DNA from: Thiomonas sp.
Lineage (GTDB): Bacteria > Pseudomonadota > Gammaproteobacteria > Burkholderiales > Burkholderiaceae_C
Assembly: GCA_027311065.1 (NCBI GenBank)
Contig: DAICZP010000091.1
Span: forward strand, 155-64,154
DNA length: 64,000 nt
Direction of reading: 5' to 3'
A program made the translations under genes and the position numbers. Below, piece after piece: positions 41,773-51,709 of this stretch; position 1 is the first letter of the stretch, and the number at the start of each line of letters is the position of its first letter. The notes below the pieces were generated by a model that searched no databases, had not been told where the DNA came from, and saw nothing but the letters and a program-made list of their open reading frames with translations.

Positions 41773-42735
41773 TCAAGGCAGACGGCGGCCGCGTGCCGCG
41801 GTGTAGAGCGCGTACCAGTGCTCGCGCGTGAGCTTGACGTCGAGCGCCGCCGCGCAGGCGCGGATGCGCTGCGGGTCGGCGCTACCGATGACAGGCTGAA
41901 TGCCGGCCGGGTGATGCATCAGCCATCCCAGCACGACGGCTTCGCGTGGGACACCGAGCTCATCCGCAATCGCCGCCACCATTTCAGACGCGGCACGGGT
42001 GGCGGCGTCGGCTTGCGATGCTCCACTCAGCCGCCCTTGCGCGAGCGGCCCCCACGCCTGAAGCTGCACGCCAGCATCCATGCAATGGTGCAGTGTGTCG
42101 GACCATTCGAGGACCTCCGCGCCCTGCGCATGGTTGAAGCACACATCTTGCTCAAGCCAATGTCGGCTCAACAGACTCATTTCCATTTGATTGGCCACCA
42201 GTGGCTGACCCAGTGCCTTCTGGAGCCAGCGCAATTGCGCGGCGCGCATGTTGGAGACACCGAAGTGACGTACTTTGCCGGCATCCCTCAGCTTGGTGAA
42301 AGCCTCCGCGACTTCATCGCGCTGCATGAGCGGATCCGGTCGATGCAGGAGCAAAAGGTCGATCCACCCCGTTTGCAACCGTGCCAGGCTTGCATCGACA
42401 GCCGCCATGATGTGCTGTCGCGAAAGGTCGTAGCGGTAGTCGCCCTGCCCGCCCAGTGCCTCGGCGACCAGCCCGCATTTGGTTTGCACGTACATGCGAT
42501 CGCGCAGCGCTGGCTGGTTCTTGATGATGGCGCCGAAAATCGACTCCGCGCGGCCGCGGACGTAGATATCGGCATGGTCGAACAGGTTGATTCCGGCATC
42601 CAGCGCGGCACGCACCGCAGCGTCCGCCGCCGCCACTTCGGCGGCCTCGCTCCCTGCTTGGCGGGCGCCAAAATGCATGCAGCCCAGCGCCACGCGGCTC
42701 ACGCCTGGCAAATGTGCATTCAGATCGATCGGCAT
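41773..42735 (-). CDS. Aldo/keto reductase (YdhF-like)
   Basis: ALGCM, FDHADIY, QTKCG, LLLHRPD, GVSN and QAWGPLAQG. Confidence 0.92.
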   Translation of the reverse strand: MPIDLNAHLPGVSRVALGCMHFGARQAGSEAAEVAAADAAVRAALDAGINLFDHADIYVRGRAESIFGAIIKNQPALRDRMYVQTKCGLVAEALGGQGDYRYDLSRQHIMAAVDASLARLQTGWIDLLLLHRPDPLMQRDEVAEAFTKLRDAGKVRHFGVSNMRAAQLRWLQKALGQPLVANQMEMSLLSRHWLEQDVCFNHAQGAEVLEWSDTLHHCMDAGVQLQAWGPLAQGRLSGASQADAATRAASEMVAAIADELGVPREAVVLGWLMHHPAGIQPVIGSADPQRIRACAAALDVKLTREHWYALYTAARGRRLP

Positions 42736-42771
42736 CGTGTCGTCATTCCTTGTGAAATAGGTCGGTCTGGT

Positions 42772-43788
42772 TCATCGCGACGGGCAAGGCGCAACCCCGG
42801 CGAGGCTGATCAGCGCATCGAGTTCATGCGCCACGGCCTCCGACTCTGCATGGGGCATGTGTTCACTCTCGAGCAAGCCGGCGCGGATGCATCGCATCGC
42901 TTCCTCGATCTGGTATTCGAAGCCATTCACGGCGTGCGGCGCGCCAAGGACTTCGCGGCTGCCGTCGGCACGGATCAGTTCCGCCTCTTGCGCAGCCCAG
43001 AAGGCATCTCGCACGCAAACACTTCCGCGCGTGCCATGCAAGACCAGGCCATTGCCGCCGACGCGATCGAAGGCGCAGATGAACTGCGCCACCACTCCGC
43101 TCGAAAAACGCAGACTGCCGGCGTTACTGATGTCCACTCCGGTCGGCGCACGGACCGCATCGAGCGTGCGGCTGGTGACGGTATCCGGCTCGCCGTGTGC
43201 ACTTTGCACGGCCCAGCGCGACATGGCGACGTTGTACACGCCGATGTCGAGCAACGCGCCACCCCCAAGCGCCGGATTGAACCAACGGCTCCGGGGGGCG
43301 TACGGCACGGCGAAGCAGAAACTCGAGAACACGGAGCGCAGTTCGCCAATCGCGCCGTCTCGCAATCGCTGATCCAATTGTCGGTAAAGTGGCAGCATGC
43401 GGGTCCATAGCGCCTCCATCAGGAATACGCGCCGCGCGCGGCTGAGGGCAATGAGACGCTGCGTATCGATCGCGCGCGCGGTCAGCGGCTTCTCACACAG
43501 CACGGGCTTGCCAGCCTCGAGCGCCCGCTCCACGAAAGCCAGGTGGGCCTGGTTGGTTGTTGCGACGTAGACCGCGTGCACACTCGGGTCGACCAACAAG
43601 GCGTCGAGTTCGCTCGCTACACGGTCCTGGTCGACTCCATGTTGACTGGCGAACGCCCGCGCCCGCGTCTCATCCCGCCCCCAGACTGATTGCAGCCGGG
43701 CACCAGGTACAGCGTGCAGTGCGGCAGCGAAGTTCCCGGCAATCGATCCGGGGCCGATGATCGCCCAACCAAAATCTTGTGGTGCCAC
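42772..43788 (-). CDS. Gfo/Idh/MocA family oxidoreductase
   Basis: WAIIGPGSIA, VLCEKP, FLMEALWTR and GGGALLDIGVY. Confidence 0.92.
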   Translation of the reverse strand: MAPQDFGWAIIGPGSIAGNFAAALHAVPGARLQSVWGRDETRARAFASQHGVDQDRVASELDALLVDPSVHAVYVATTNQAHLAFVERALEAGKPVLCEKPLTARAIDTQRLIALSRARRVFLMEALWTRMLPLYRQLDQRLRDGAIGELRSVFSSFCFAVPYAPRSRWFNPALGGGALLDIGVYNVAMSRWAVQSAHGEPDTVTSRTLDAVRAPTGVDISNAGSLRFSSGVVAQFICAFDRVGGNGLVLHGTRGSVCVRDAFWAAQEAELIRADGSREVLGAPHAVNGFEYQIEEAMRCIRAGLLESEHMPHAESEAVAHELDALISLAGVAPCPSR

Positions 43789-43912
43789 GCTGAAGTCTCC
43801 TCATGCTTGGGCGGTCAACGCGCCATTGCGCAGACCCGCCTTCCCGCAGCCTGGCTTCCGGGTAAATACCAACCGGGAGCCACGCGCATTGTCCTATGAT
43901 TCCGACGACAAC

Positions 43913-43926
43913 TGCAATCGATTTCA
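43913..43926. promoter_or_regulatory. LacI-type operator O1 (TGCAATCGATTTCA)
   Basis: Imperfect palindrome with a central CG, just downstream of a TATGAT -10-like box (43895-43900) in the divergent gfo/ABC intergenic region. Confidence 0.6.
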
Positions 43927-43988
43927 TTCGATTCAGCGATCTTCCCCCGAACGCTTCCAGCAACGCTGCCCCCAACGCGAACCGCCCG

Positions 43989-44894
43989 ATGACCCGCAAT
44001 CGCTGGTATTCATTCCTGCACGCCATGCAGCGTGGCGAGACGCTGACTGGTTGGGTCATGGTATTGCCGGCGACGATCGGTTTCGTGCTCTTTTACGCGC
44101 TTCCCACGCTACGCGCCATCGACATCAGCCTGACCGACTGGAACCTGCTGCAGCCAGCGCATTTCGTCGGTTTCGCAAATTACCGCGCCATGATGGCCGA
44201 CGGTCAGTTCTGGAACGGTATGCGGCTATCGGCGTACTACGTGTTGCTCAACATCCCGCTCCAGACATCGGCAGGCCTCGGTCTGGCTGTGGCCATGGAT
44301 CGCCTGACACGCTCGCTCTTCGTGAAGGCGACCGTCCTCCTCCCATACTTGCTGTCGAACGTGCTGGTGGCGATGATCTGGCTGTGGCTGCTCGACCCCA
44401 CGCTGGGTCTCGTGAATACCGCGCTGCATGCCGTCCACCTGCCGCGCCAGCCATTCTTCGGGGGCACGGGGGAAGCGCTGCTGACCGTGGCGCTGATCAA
44501 TGCCTGGCATGGCATGGGCGTCGTGGCCATGTTGTTTCTCGCCGGGCTACAGGGCATTCCCCGCTATTTGTACGAGGCTGCCGCACTCGAAGGTGCAAGC
44601 GAGTGGAGCATGTTCCGTCACATCACCCTGCCGCTATTGCGGCCGGTCATGGTTTTCGTGCTGGTCACCAGCGTGACGGGATCGTTCCAGATTTTCGACA
44701 CCATTGCGGTGACCACGAAGGGGGGACCGCTGGATGCCACGCGCGTGATCGTGCTGTACATCGTGCAGAACGCGTTCAACTTCTATCGGATGGGCTATGC
44801 CTCCGCCATGTCGGTGACGCTGGCGGCGACGATGCTGGTGTACACGGTCGTACAGATGCGGGTCATGCACGCCCACGAAAGTGATTTGTCGTGA
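43989..44894 (+). CDS. Carbohydrate ABC transporter permease (MalF-like)
   Basis: FVGFANY, EAA loop LYEAAALEGA and ITLPLLRP. Start taken at ATG 43989. Confidence 0.92.
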   Translation: MTRNRWYSFLHAMQRGETLTGWVMVLPATIGFVLFYALPTLRAIDISLTDWNLLQPAHFVGFANYRAMMADGQFWNGMRLSAYYVLLNIPLQTSAGLGLAVAMDRLTRSLFVKATVLLPYLLSNVLVAMIWLWLLDPTLGLVNTALHAVHLPRQPFFGGTGEALLTVALINAWHGMGVVAMLFLAGLQGIPRYLYEAAALEGASEWSMFRHITLPLLRPVMVFVLVTSVTGSFQIFDTIAVTTKGGPLDATRVIVLYIVQNAFNFYRMGYASAMSVTLAATMLVYTVVQMRVMHAHESDLS

Positions 44895-45817
44895 TGACGC
44901 CGCGTCACGTCGAGGCGTCTGCGAATGCGAGGGGGCGAAAACCACGCATCAGTGCGGCTCGCCTGATGGCATGGCTCGCGCTTGTCGTCATGCTATCGAT
45001 CACGGTCTTTCCATTGTGGATGGTGGTAAAGACAGCGTTGTTACCGAACAAATCGCTATTCGCCAACGCAGCATCGCTGCTACCCCACGACGCAACACTG
45101 GACAATTTCGCGCGCGTTCTGGGCCTGGTGAGCAAACAGCGCAGCCTGACCCTGGGCGGGTCGGGTGCCGAGATCGATTTCGTACGCGCCTTGCGAAACT
45201 CGCTCGTGTTCACGGGTGTCATCGTGCTCATGCAAACGTGCAGCGCCGCAATGGCCGCCTACGCGTTTGCCCGGCTACGTTTCCCCGGCCGCGCGACGCT
45301 CTTTGCCTTGTTCGTTGGTTCCATGATGATCCCCGGCGTCGTCACGGTCATTCCAAATTTCATCTTGCTCAAGCGGCTGGGCCTTCTCAACACCATGGCT
45401 GGCATGGTCGCGCCGTTTTGCCTGATGCAAGGGTTTTCCGTTTTTTTTCTGCGTCAATTTTTTCTCTCCATCCCACGTGACCTCGAGGAAGCTGCCTTGC
45501 TCGATGGTGCCAGCCATGCCTACATCTTCATGCGCATCGTGCTTCCGTTGTCGGTGACGCCTCTCGCCACCATCGCCATGCTCACCGGCATCAACATGTG
45601 GAACGAATTCCTGTGGCCCTACCTTGCAGGGCGTGATCCATCGCTGCAGGTGATCCCGGTCGCGCTGCAGTTTTTCAAATCGCAGACGCCTCAGGGACAG
45701 CCCGACTGGACCGGGCTCATGGCCGCGGCGAGCGTCGCGATCGTGCCCACCATTGCGCTGCTGATCGCGTTCGGTCGACGTGTCGTGGAGTCGGTGCAAT
45801 TTTCAGGAGGCAAATGA
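44891..45817 (+). CDS. Carbohydrate ABC transporter permease (MalG-like)
   Basis: AYAFARLRFPGR, LEEAALLDGA and WNEFLWP. Confidence 0.93.
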   Translation: MMTPRHVEASANARGRKPRISAARLMAWLALVVMLSITVFPLWMVVKTALLPNKSLFANAASLLPHDATLDNFARVLGLVSKQRSLTLGGSGAEIDFVRALRNSLVFTGVIVLMQTCSAAMAAYAFARLRFPGRATLFALFVGSMMIPGVVTVIPNFILLKRLGLLNTMAGMVAPFCLMQGFSVFFLRQFFLSIPRDLEEAALLDGASHAYIFMRIVLPLSVTPLATIAMLTGINMWNEFLWPYLAGRDPSLQVIPVALQFFKSQTPQGQPDWTGLMAAASVAIVPTIALLIAFGRRVVESVQFSGGK

Positions 45818-47133
45818 TGCGCCCTCGCACCTGGCTGCTTGCGCTTGCATTCGCACTGCTGGCCATGCCTCGTCAGGCTACGGCCGTGACCGTGCACTAC
45901 ATGTTGTGGGACTCGACACAAGCCCCGGCCTACCGGCAGTGCGCTGCCGGTTTCGAGCGCGCGAACCCGGGCATTCATATCGACATCACGCAAGTTGGCT
46001 GGGCCGACTATTGGACGGATCTGACCATCGACCTGATTGCCGGGTCTGCGCCCGATGTTTTCACGGATCACCTGACCCGCTATCCCCAATTCGTGCGCAA
46101 CGACCTCATCGTCGACCTGACGCCGTACCTACGTCGCGACCACGTCGACCTGCGCCGCTACCCGCAGCAGTTGCTCAACGCATGGCGACATGATGGCAAG
46201 CTCTACGGCATTCCAAAGGACTGGGATACCGAAGCGATCATTGTCAACCTCAACGCCCTCCACAAGGCCGGGCTGACCCGGCGCGAGCTGCAGAACATGA
46301 CCTGGAACCCGAAAGATGGCGGCAGCTTCGCCAGGGTCATCGCGCAACTGAGCGTCGACACCCAGGGCCATAACGCGCTGTCGCCGCTATTCGATCCACA
46401 CCACGTCGCCATGTTCGGTTTCGCGGCCGTTGGCAACAGCGATATGAGCGGTCAGGTCGATTGGAGCAGTTTTGCCGAAAGCAACGGCTTCAAGTTCCAG
46501 GACGCTCCCTGGGCCCCCTACCACTACGACGATCCACGCCTGGCGCAAGCCTTGGGCTGGCTTGCCGGCCTGCCCGCGCGGGGATGGGCGCCGCCAGTGC
46601 AAAGCACGCGCACCCTGGGACCGGGCACGCTCTTTGAAGCTGGAAAAGTCGCCATGATTCCGGACGGGTCATGGATGATCGACTACTACGCGAAAAATAC
46701 TCCTTTCCCCACCGCATGGATTCCGCTTCCCATCGGGCCCCTGGGCTACCGCGCCAGCATGCTCAACGGCCTGACCGATGCGCTATGGAGCGGCTCGAAA
46801 GTCAAGGAGCAGGCCTGGCAATGGATACGCTACCTGGCCTCGCAAACCTGCCAGCAGGTGGTGGCCGATCATGCCGTGACCTTCCCGGCGCTGCCCGGAT
46901 TGGCGGAACAAGTGATCGACATCGACCGCAAGCGCGGCATCGACGCATCCGCCTTCCTCACCATGCGACATGCGCACACGTTTCTGACGCCGATCGCGGC
47001 CCACGTCTCTCAGGTCAACGTCATCATGAAACGCGCGATGGACGCGATTTTCCTCGGCAAGCAGCGTCCTGCAGCCGCCCTGCGCGACGCCAACACGCGC
47101 ATCGGGGCGCTGCTGGACAGCGTGCAGCCGTGA
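45814..47133 (+). CDS. Carbohydrate ABC transporter solute-binding protein
   Basis: Signal peptide, FERANPGIHI, GSAPDVF, LYGIPKDW and GKVAMIPDGSW. Confidence 0.9.
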   Translation: MMRPRTWLLALAFALLAMPRQATAVTVHYMLWDSTQAPAYRQCAAGFERANPGIHIDITQVGWADYWTDLTIDLIAGSAPDVFTDHLTRYPQFVRNDLIVDLTPYLRRDHVDLRRYPQQLLNAWRHDGKLYGIPKDWDTEAIIVNLNALHKAGLTRRELQNMTWNPKDGGSFARVIAQLSVDTQGHNALSPLFDPHHVAMFGFAAVGNSDMSGQVDWSSFAESNGFKFQDAPWAPYHYDDPRLAQALGWLAGLPARGWAPPVQSTRTLGPGTLFEAGKVAMIPDGSWMIDYYAKNTPFPTAWIPLPIGPLGYRASMLNGLTDALWSGSKVKEQAWQWIRYLASQTCQQVVADHAVTFPALPGLAEQVIDIDRKRGIDASAFLTMRHAHTFLTPIAAHVSQVNVIMKRAMDAIFLGKQRPAAALRDANTRIGALLDSVQP

Positions 47134-47169
47134 ACCGACACTCTGGCCCCGGGCTGCAGGAGCACCGAC

Positions 47170-48330
47170 TTGGCTGACATTGAATTGCGTGGCATCAGAA
47201 AATCGTACGCTGGTGCGAACGTGCTCAGCGACGTCGACCTGCACATCGCCGACGGCGAATTCTGCGTTTTCGTTGGCCCGTCGGGCTGCGGCAAATCGAC
47301 GCTGCTGCGCATGATCGCCGGTCTCGAGGACATCACGGACGGCGAGCTTCGCATCGGCGGCAAACGCATGAATGAAGCCCCCCCGGCGCAGCGTGGCGTG
47401 GCCATGGTGTTCCAGAGCTATGCGCTGTTCCCGCACTTGAGCGTGCGGGAGAACATGGCTTTCGGCATGCGCCTGGCGAAGCGCCCCCCGGATGAAATCG
47501 CGCGCCGCGTGCTCGCGGCGGCGCGTGTGCTGCAGCTGGAAAGCCTGCTCGATCGCAAGCCGCGTCAATTGTCGGGAGGGCAGCGTCAGCGCGTCGCCAT
47601 CGGAAGAGCCATCGTGCGCGAACCCGGCGTGTTCCTGTTCGACGAGCCGTTGTCGAATCTCGACGCGGCGTTGCGTGTGCAAACCCGATTTGAAATTGCC
47701 AAGCTGCACCGCGAGTTCGGCCACGCCAGCATGGTCTACGTCACGCATGATCAGGTCGAAGCCATGACGCTGGCAGATCGCATCCTGCTGCTCAACACCG
47801 GGGATGCTGTAGGGCGTGACGGCAGCATTGCGCAATGTGGAACTCCACTCGCTTTGTATCACCATCCGCGCACGCGCTTTGTCGCCGGATTCATCGGCAG
47901 CCCCAACATGAATTTCATGCCTGGAACGCTGCTGGAGCCGCACGCGAGCGGTGCGCGTGTGCAGCTCCACAGCGGGGAGACGCTGGAAGTCGGGGTTGAC
48001 GCGCGCGCGCTTGCGCCCGGCGCGCCGGTCGAGGTTGGCGTGCGACCGGAGCATGTGGTTCTCGGTGACGCGGACCACGTGCAGCACATCGTGCGCGAGG
48101 TGCGCTGGCAGGAGCGACTGGGTGAATCAACCTACCTCTATCTTGATTGTGGTGAAGGGGTGACGCACTGGATCGCGAAAGCGCCCGGTTTTGCCCAGGC
48201 AAGCCGCGGTCAGCGTCTCGCCATCGCGCTGCCGCCGCAGTCGTTGCACCTGTTCGACCGGAAGGGGCGCGCTTGTGCCCGGTTGGTGCCTGAACAGGAC
48301 TTGCATCTGGCCTCGCCACCGCTTTTCTGA
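47170..48330 (+). CDS. Carbohydrate ABC transporter ATP-binding protein (MalK/MsmK-like)
   Basis: GPSGCGKST, LSGGQRQR, FDEPLSNLD and YVTHDQVEAM. TTG start after GGAG. Confidence 0.95.
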   Translation: MADIELRGIRKSYAGANVLSDVDLHIADGEFCVFVGPSGCGKSTLLRMIAGLEDITDGELRIGGKRMNEAPPAQRGVAMVFQSYALFPHLSVRENMAFGMRLAKRPPDEIARRVLAAARVLQLESLLDRKPRQLSGGQRQRVAIGRAIVREPGVFLFDEPLSNLDAALRVQTRFEIAKLHREFGHASMVYVTHDQVEAMTLADRILLLNTGDAVGRDGSIAQCGTPLALYHHPRTRFVAGFIGSPNMNFMPGTLLEPHASGARVQLHSGETLEVGVDARALAPGAPVEVGVRPEHVVLGDADHVQHIVREVRWQERLGESTYLYLDCGEGVTHWIAKAPGFAQASRGQRLAIALPPQSLHLFDRKGRACARLVPEQDLHLASPPLF

Positions 48331-48348
48331 CACCCGATGCATCCTGCC

Positions 48349-50649
48349 ATGTCCATTGAACAGCCCCACGCGCCTCCTGAATTCCTGGTTCTGCACGGCT
48401 GCTCCAGCACCATCGTGCTTGAACACAACGTCGGCGAGGCGCCCCTGTGGCGCTACTGGGGCCCGCGCCTGCATGCCTGCAGCGTCCCGCCGGCGCCCTT
48501 GCGCGCACAACGCATGCTGCCCAGCTTCACACTTGATGTCGACCAGCCACTCAGTATCGCGCCGACCTTTGGGGTGGGGTGGTTCGGGCAAAGCGCGCTG
48601 CTCGCGCAGCGCTCCGGCCGTGACTTCGCCCAAGCTTTCACGCACTGCGAGGTACAGTGGCTGCGGCCGCAGACCGCCCTTCGCCTCGGCCTCGTCGACC
48701 CACAGGCCGCCGTGCGGCTGGACGTGGACATCCACCTCGATGCCGAAAGCGACGTGCTGGTACTCTCAAGCCGGCTGCAAAATCTGGGGGACGGGACGCT
48801 CGACGTGGCCTGGCTTGCAGCGGCCACCTTGGCACTCCCTTCGCATTGCGACACCGTGCGCTCGTATGCAGGGCAGCACATGCACGAATTCATGCTGCAA
48901 ACAGACGTCCTTTCACGCAGCCTGTGGCGCCGTGAAAACCGTCGCGGTCGCACGTCGCACGACTGTTTTCCCGGTGCCGTGGTGACCGTTCCGGGGGCCA
49001 CGCAAGACGCTGGCCTTGTCTACGGTGCACACCTTGCCTGGTCTGGCAACCATCAGCAGACCATCGAGTGGCTGCCTGATGGCATGTACCAGTGGCAACT
49101 GGGTGAATGGCTTGCCCCCGGAGAAGTCCGCCTCGCACCGGGGGAGAGCCTGCGCACGCCGGACGTCGTTGCGAGTTGCTCGAGCGCCGGCCTGAACGGG
49201 CTGGCCCACAATTTTCATACCGAGCTGCGTCGACGCCTGCAATGGCCCGGTGGTGTGCGGCGGCCACGTCCAGTTCACCTGAATACCTGGGAAGCGCTGT
49301 ACTTCAATGTCGAGCCAGTCAACGTCAACGCGCTGGCAAAAGCTGCGGCTGACATCGGGATCGAGCGCTTCGTCATGGACGATGGCTGGTTCCACGGCCG
49401 CCACAATGACCGTGCGGGGCTCGGAGACTGGTGGCCCGATGAGAACAAATTCCCGGCAGGACTCGGGGCGCTGATTGCGCACGTCAATGATCTCGGCATG
49501 GAATTCGGCTTGTGGGTTGAACCGGAGATGGTCAATCCTGACAGTGATCTGTACCGCAATCACCCCGACTGGGCGTTGCAACTACAGGGCCGTCCGTTGC
49601 TCACGGCCCGCAATCAACTGGTGCTGGACATTGCGCGTCCGGAAGTGACGCACTATCTTTTCGATCGCTTGTGCGCGCTGCTGGACGCACACCCCATCCG
49701 CTACCTCAAGTGGGATCACAATCGTGACCTGACCTGCGCGGGGCTGCACGACGGACGCCCCGGCTACCGTGCGCAAGTGCAGGCCTTCTACACATTGCTC
49801 GAACGGCTGCGCAAGGCGCACCCGCTCGTCGAGATCGAGAGCTGTTCGGGTGGCGGCGGACGTATCGATTTCGGCGTGCTGCGGTACACGCATCGGGTAT
49901 GGACCAGCGACTGTATCGACGCCCTTTCGCGCATCGACATTCAGCGCGGCATGTTGCAGTTCTTTCCACCGGAGATCATGGGCGCGCATGTCGGCACCGC
50001 GCCCGCGCACACCACCGGGCGGACACAGAACGTGGCGTTCCGCGCAGCCGTGGCCATGAGCGGACACTTTGGTGTGGAGCTCGACGTACGCAAGCTTGAC
50101 CTGACGCAGCGCACTGAACTTGCGGCATGGATCGAACTGTACAAGCAATGGCGAGAGCGCTGCCATCGCGGCCGGACATGGTTGGGCGAAGCGGGGGATG
50201 GCCTTTCGTGGCAGGCCCACGGTGACGAGAACGCCAACGAGCTCCTGCTCTTGGTCTACCGCAGGGCGCCGAGCGATCACCGCTATCCACCCAGCGTCCG
50301 CCTGCCGATGCTCGACCCAGCCGCGCGTTACCAGGTGCTTGAAATCGTTCCGCGTGGCACGTTGCGCGGCACCGGTCGGCACGCGAGCGCACCGTTCTTC
50401 GATCGGCTCGGTGAAACACCGGTGCGCCCTCCCCGTGCGCAATCCTCCGCGGTAGCCAAGGTCGACGCAGCCCGACCCGCGAGCACACTGCAGCCACCCG
50501 ATGCGATGGAGATCGACGCGACATGGCTGATCCACGCCGGGCTTGCGATGCCACGCGGCCATGCCGAGACCGTCTGCATCATGCACCTCGCGCGCTGCGC
50601 GCCCGCCATCCCCGCCCCGCAGCGAGGCCAAGAACATGCAGGCATTTGA
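48349..50649 (+). CDS. Alpha-galactosidase, GH36
   Basis: [32 protein letters not shown] (nucleophile), ESCSGGGGR and WTSD. Start at 48349 or 48337. Confidence 0.93.
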   Translation: MSIEQPHAPPEFLVLHGCSSTIVLEHNVGEAPLWRYWGPRLHACSVPPAPLRAQRMLPSFTLDVDQPLSIAPTFGVGWFGQSALLAQRSGRDFAQAFTHCEVQWLRPQTALRLGLVDPQAAVRLDVDIHLDAESDVLVLSSRLQNLGDGTLDVAWLAAATLALPSHCDTVRSYAGQHMHEFMLQTDVLSRSLWRRENRRGRTSHDCFPGAVVTVPGATQDAGLVYGAHLAWSGNHQQTIEWLPDGMYQWQLGEWLAPGEVRLAPGESLRTPDVVASCSSAGLNGLAHNFHTELRRRLQWPGGVRRPRPVHLNTWEALYFNVEPVNVNALAKAAADIGIERFVMDDGWFHGRHNDRAGLGDWWPDENKFPAGLGALIAHVNDLGMEFGLWVEPEMVNPDSDLYRNHPDWALQLQGRPLLTARNQLVLDIARPEVTHYLFDRLCALLDAHPIRYLKWDHNRDLTCAGLHDGRPGYRAQVQAFYTLLERLRKAHPLVEIESCSGGGGRIDFGVLRYTHRVWTSDCIDALSRIDIQRGMLQFFPPEIMGAHVGTAPAHTTGRTQNVAFRAAVAMSGHFGVELDVRKLDLTQRTELAAWIELYKQWRERCHRGRTWLGEAGDGLSWQAHGDENANELLLLVYRRAPSDHRYPPSVRLPMLDPAARYQVLEIVPRGTLRGTGRHASAPFFDRLGETPVRPPRAQSSAVAKVDAARPASTLQPPDAMEIDATWLIHAGLAMPRGHAETVCIMHLARCAPAIPAPQRGQEHAGI

Positions 50650-51697
50650 CACCACCAGCCACTCGCACCGGCGTCGCAACCCGTTGACGGGACAATGGGT
50701 CCTGGTGTCCCCACAGCGTGCCTTGCGCCCCTGGAAAGGACAGCAGGAGGCCACGCCTGCGGCACCACGGATGCCCCATGTGCCGGACTGCGCGCTGTGC
50801 CCGGGCAATACGCGTGTCAGCGGCGAGGTCAATCCGCAATACGCGTCCTGTTTTGTGTTCACGAACGATCATGCTGCCCTCATGCGTGACGTTCCGGAGG
50901 CACCCTGCAACGATGACGATCCGCTGTTCCGGCTCGAACCCGCGCGAGGAACCAGTCGCGTCATTTGCTACTCGCCCGATCATGGACGCAGCCTGGCCGA
51001 TATGGCGCACGCCGGCGTGGTTGCCGTCGTTGATACCTGGTGCGCGCAAAGCGCCGAGCTCGGCCACACCCATCGCTGGGTTCAGGTGTTTGAAAACAAA
51101 GGCGAAATCATGGGCTGCTCGCAGCCCCACCCGCATGGCCAGATCTGGGCAACCAACCACCTGCCGAACGAAGCCGTCGCGGAAGACCGTGAGCAGCGCC
51201 AGTATTTCGCGCGGTATGGGCGGCCCTTGCTCCTCGATCTCGCGCAACGTGAAGCGAGCAACGAGGTGCGCATCGTGGCGAAGAATCCGGGTTGGCTGGC
51301 CATCGTGCCGTTCTGGGCAAGCTGGCCGTTCGAGATTCTGCTGCTGCCACGTTTCGCGGTGCAGCGCCTGCCGCAGCTCGACCCCGCGCAACGCGCCGAT
51401 CTGGCCAGGATTCTCCAGGGCGTCACCGCGCGCTATGACGCCTTGTTCAAATGCCCCTTTCCCTATTCGATGGGCTGGCATGGCGCTCCCTTTGACACCC
51501 AGCAGGAGAATCCGTGGCAACTCCACGCGCACTTTTATCCCCCATTGCTGCGTTCAGCCACGGTGCGGAAGTACATGGTCGGCTATGAAATGCTCGCCGA
51601 GCCGCAGCGCGACCTCACACCCGAGCAAGCGGCGCTGCGCCTGCGCGACCTTGTCGTTCCGGGCGACCCATGCCACGCCGACGACTCGCGCGCCTGA
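50636..51697 (+). CDS. galT: Galactose-1-phosphate uridylyltransferase
   Basis: [34 protein letters not shown] and KYMVGYEML. Confidence 0.96.
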   Translation: MQAFDTTSHSHRRRNPLTGQWVLVSPQRALRPWKGQQEATPAAPRMPHVPDCALCPGNTRVSGEVNPQYASCFVFTNDHAALMRDVPEAPCNDDDPLFRLEPARGTSRVICYSPDHGRSLADMAHAGVVAVVDTWCAQSAELGHTHRWVQVFENKGEIMGCSQPHPHGQIWATNHLPNEAVAEDREQRQYFARYGRPLLLDLAQREASNEVRIVAKNPGWLAIVPFWASWPFEILLLPRFAVQRLPQLDPAQRADLARILQGVTARYDALFKCPFPYSMGWHGAPFDTQQENPWQLHAHFYPPLLRSATVRKYMVGYEMLAEPQRDLTPEQAALRLRDLVVPGDPCHADDSRA

Positions 51698-51709
51698 GCA
51701 GGGAACTTC

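Noticed and set aside
41580-41800. Expected attR, a duplicate of the tRNA 3' end
   Set aside because: No match to TTCAAGTCCAACACGGCCTACCA was found by eye here or elsewhere, so no direct repeat is reported.
41668-43410. 580-aa plus-strand ORF
   Set aside because: Antisense shadow of the AKR and Gfo/Idh/MocA genes, with no motifs. Long shadow ORFs are expected at this GC content.
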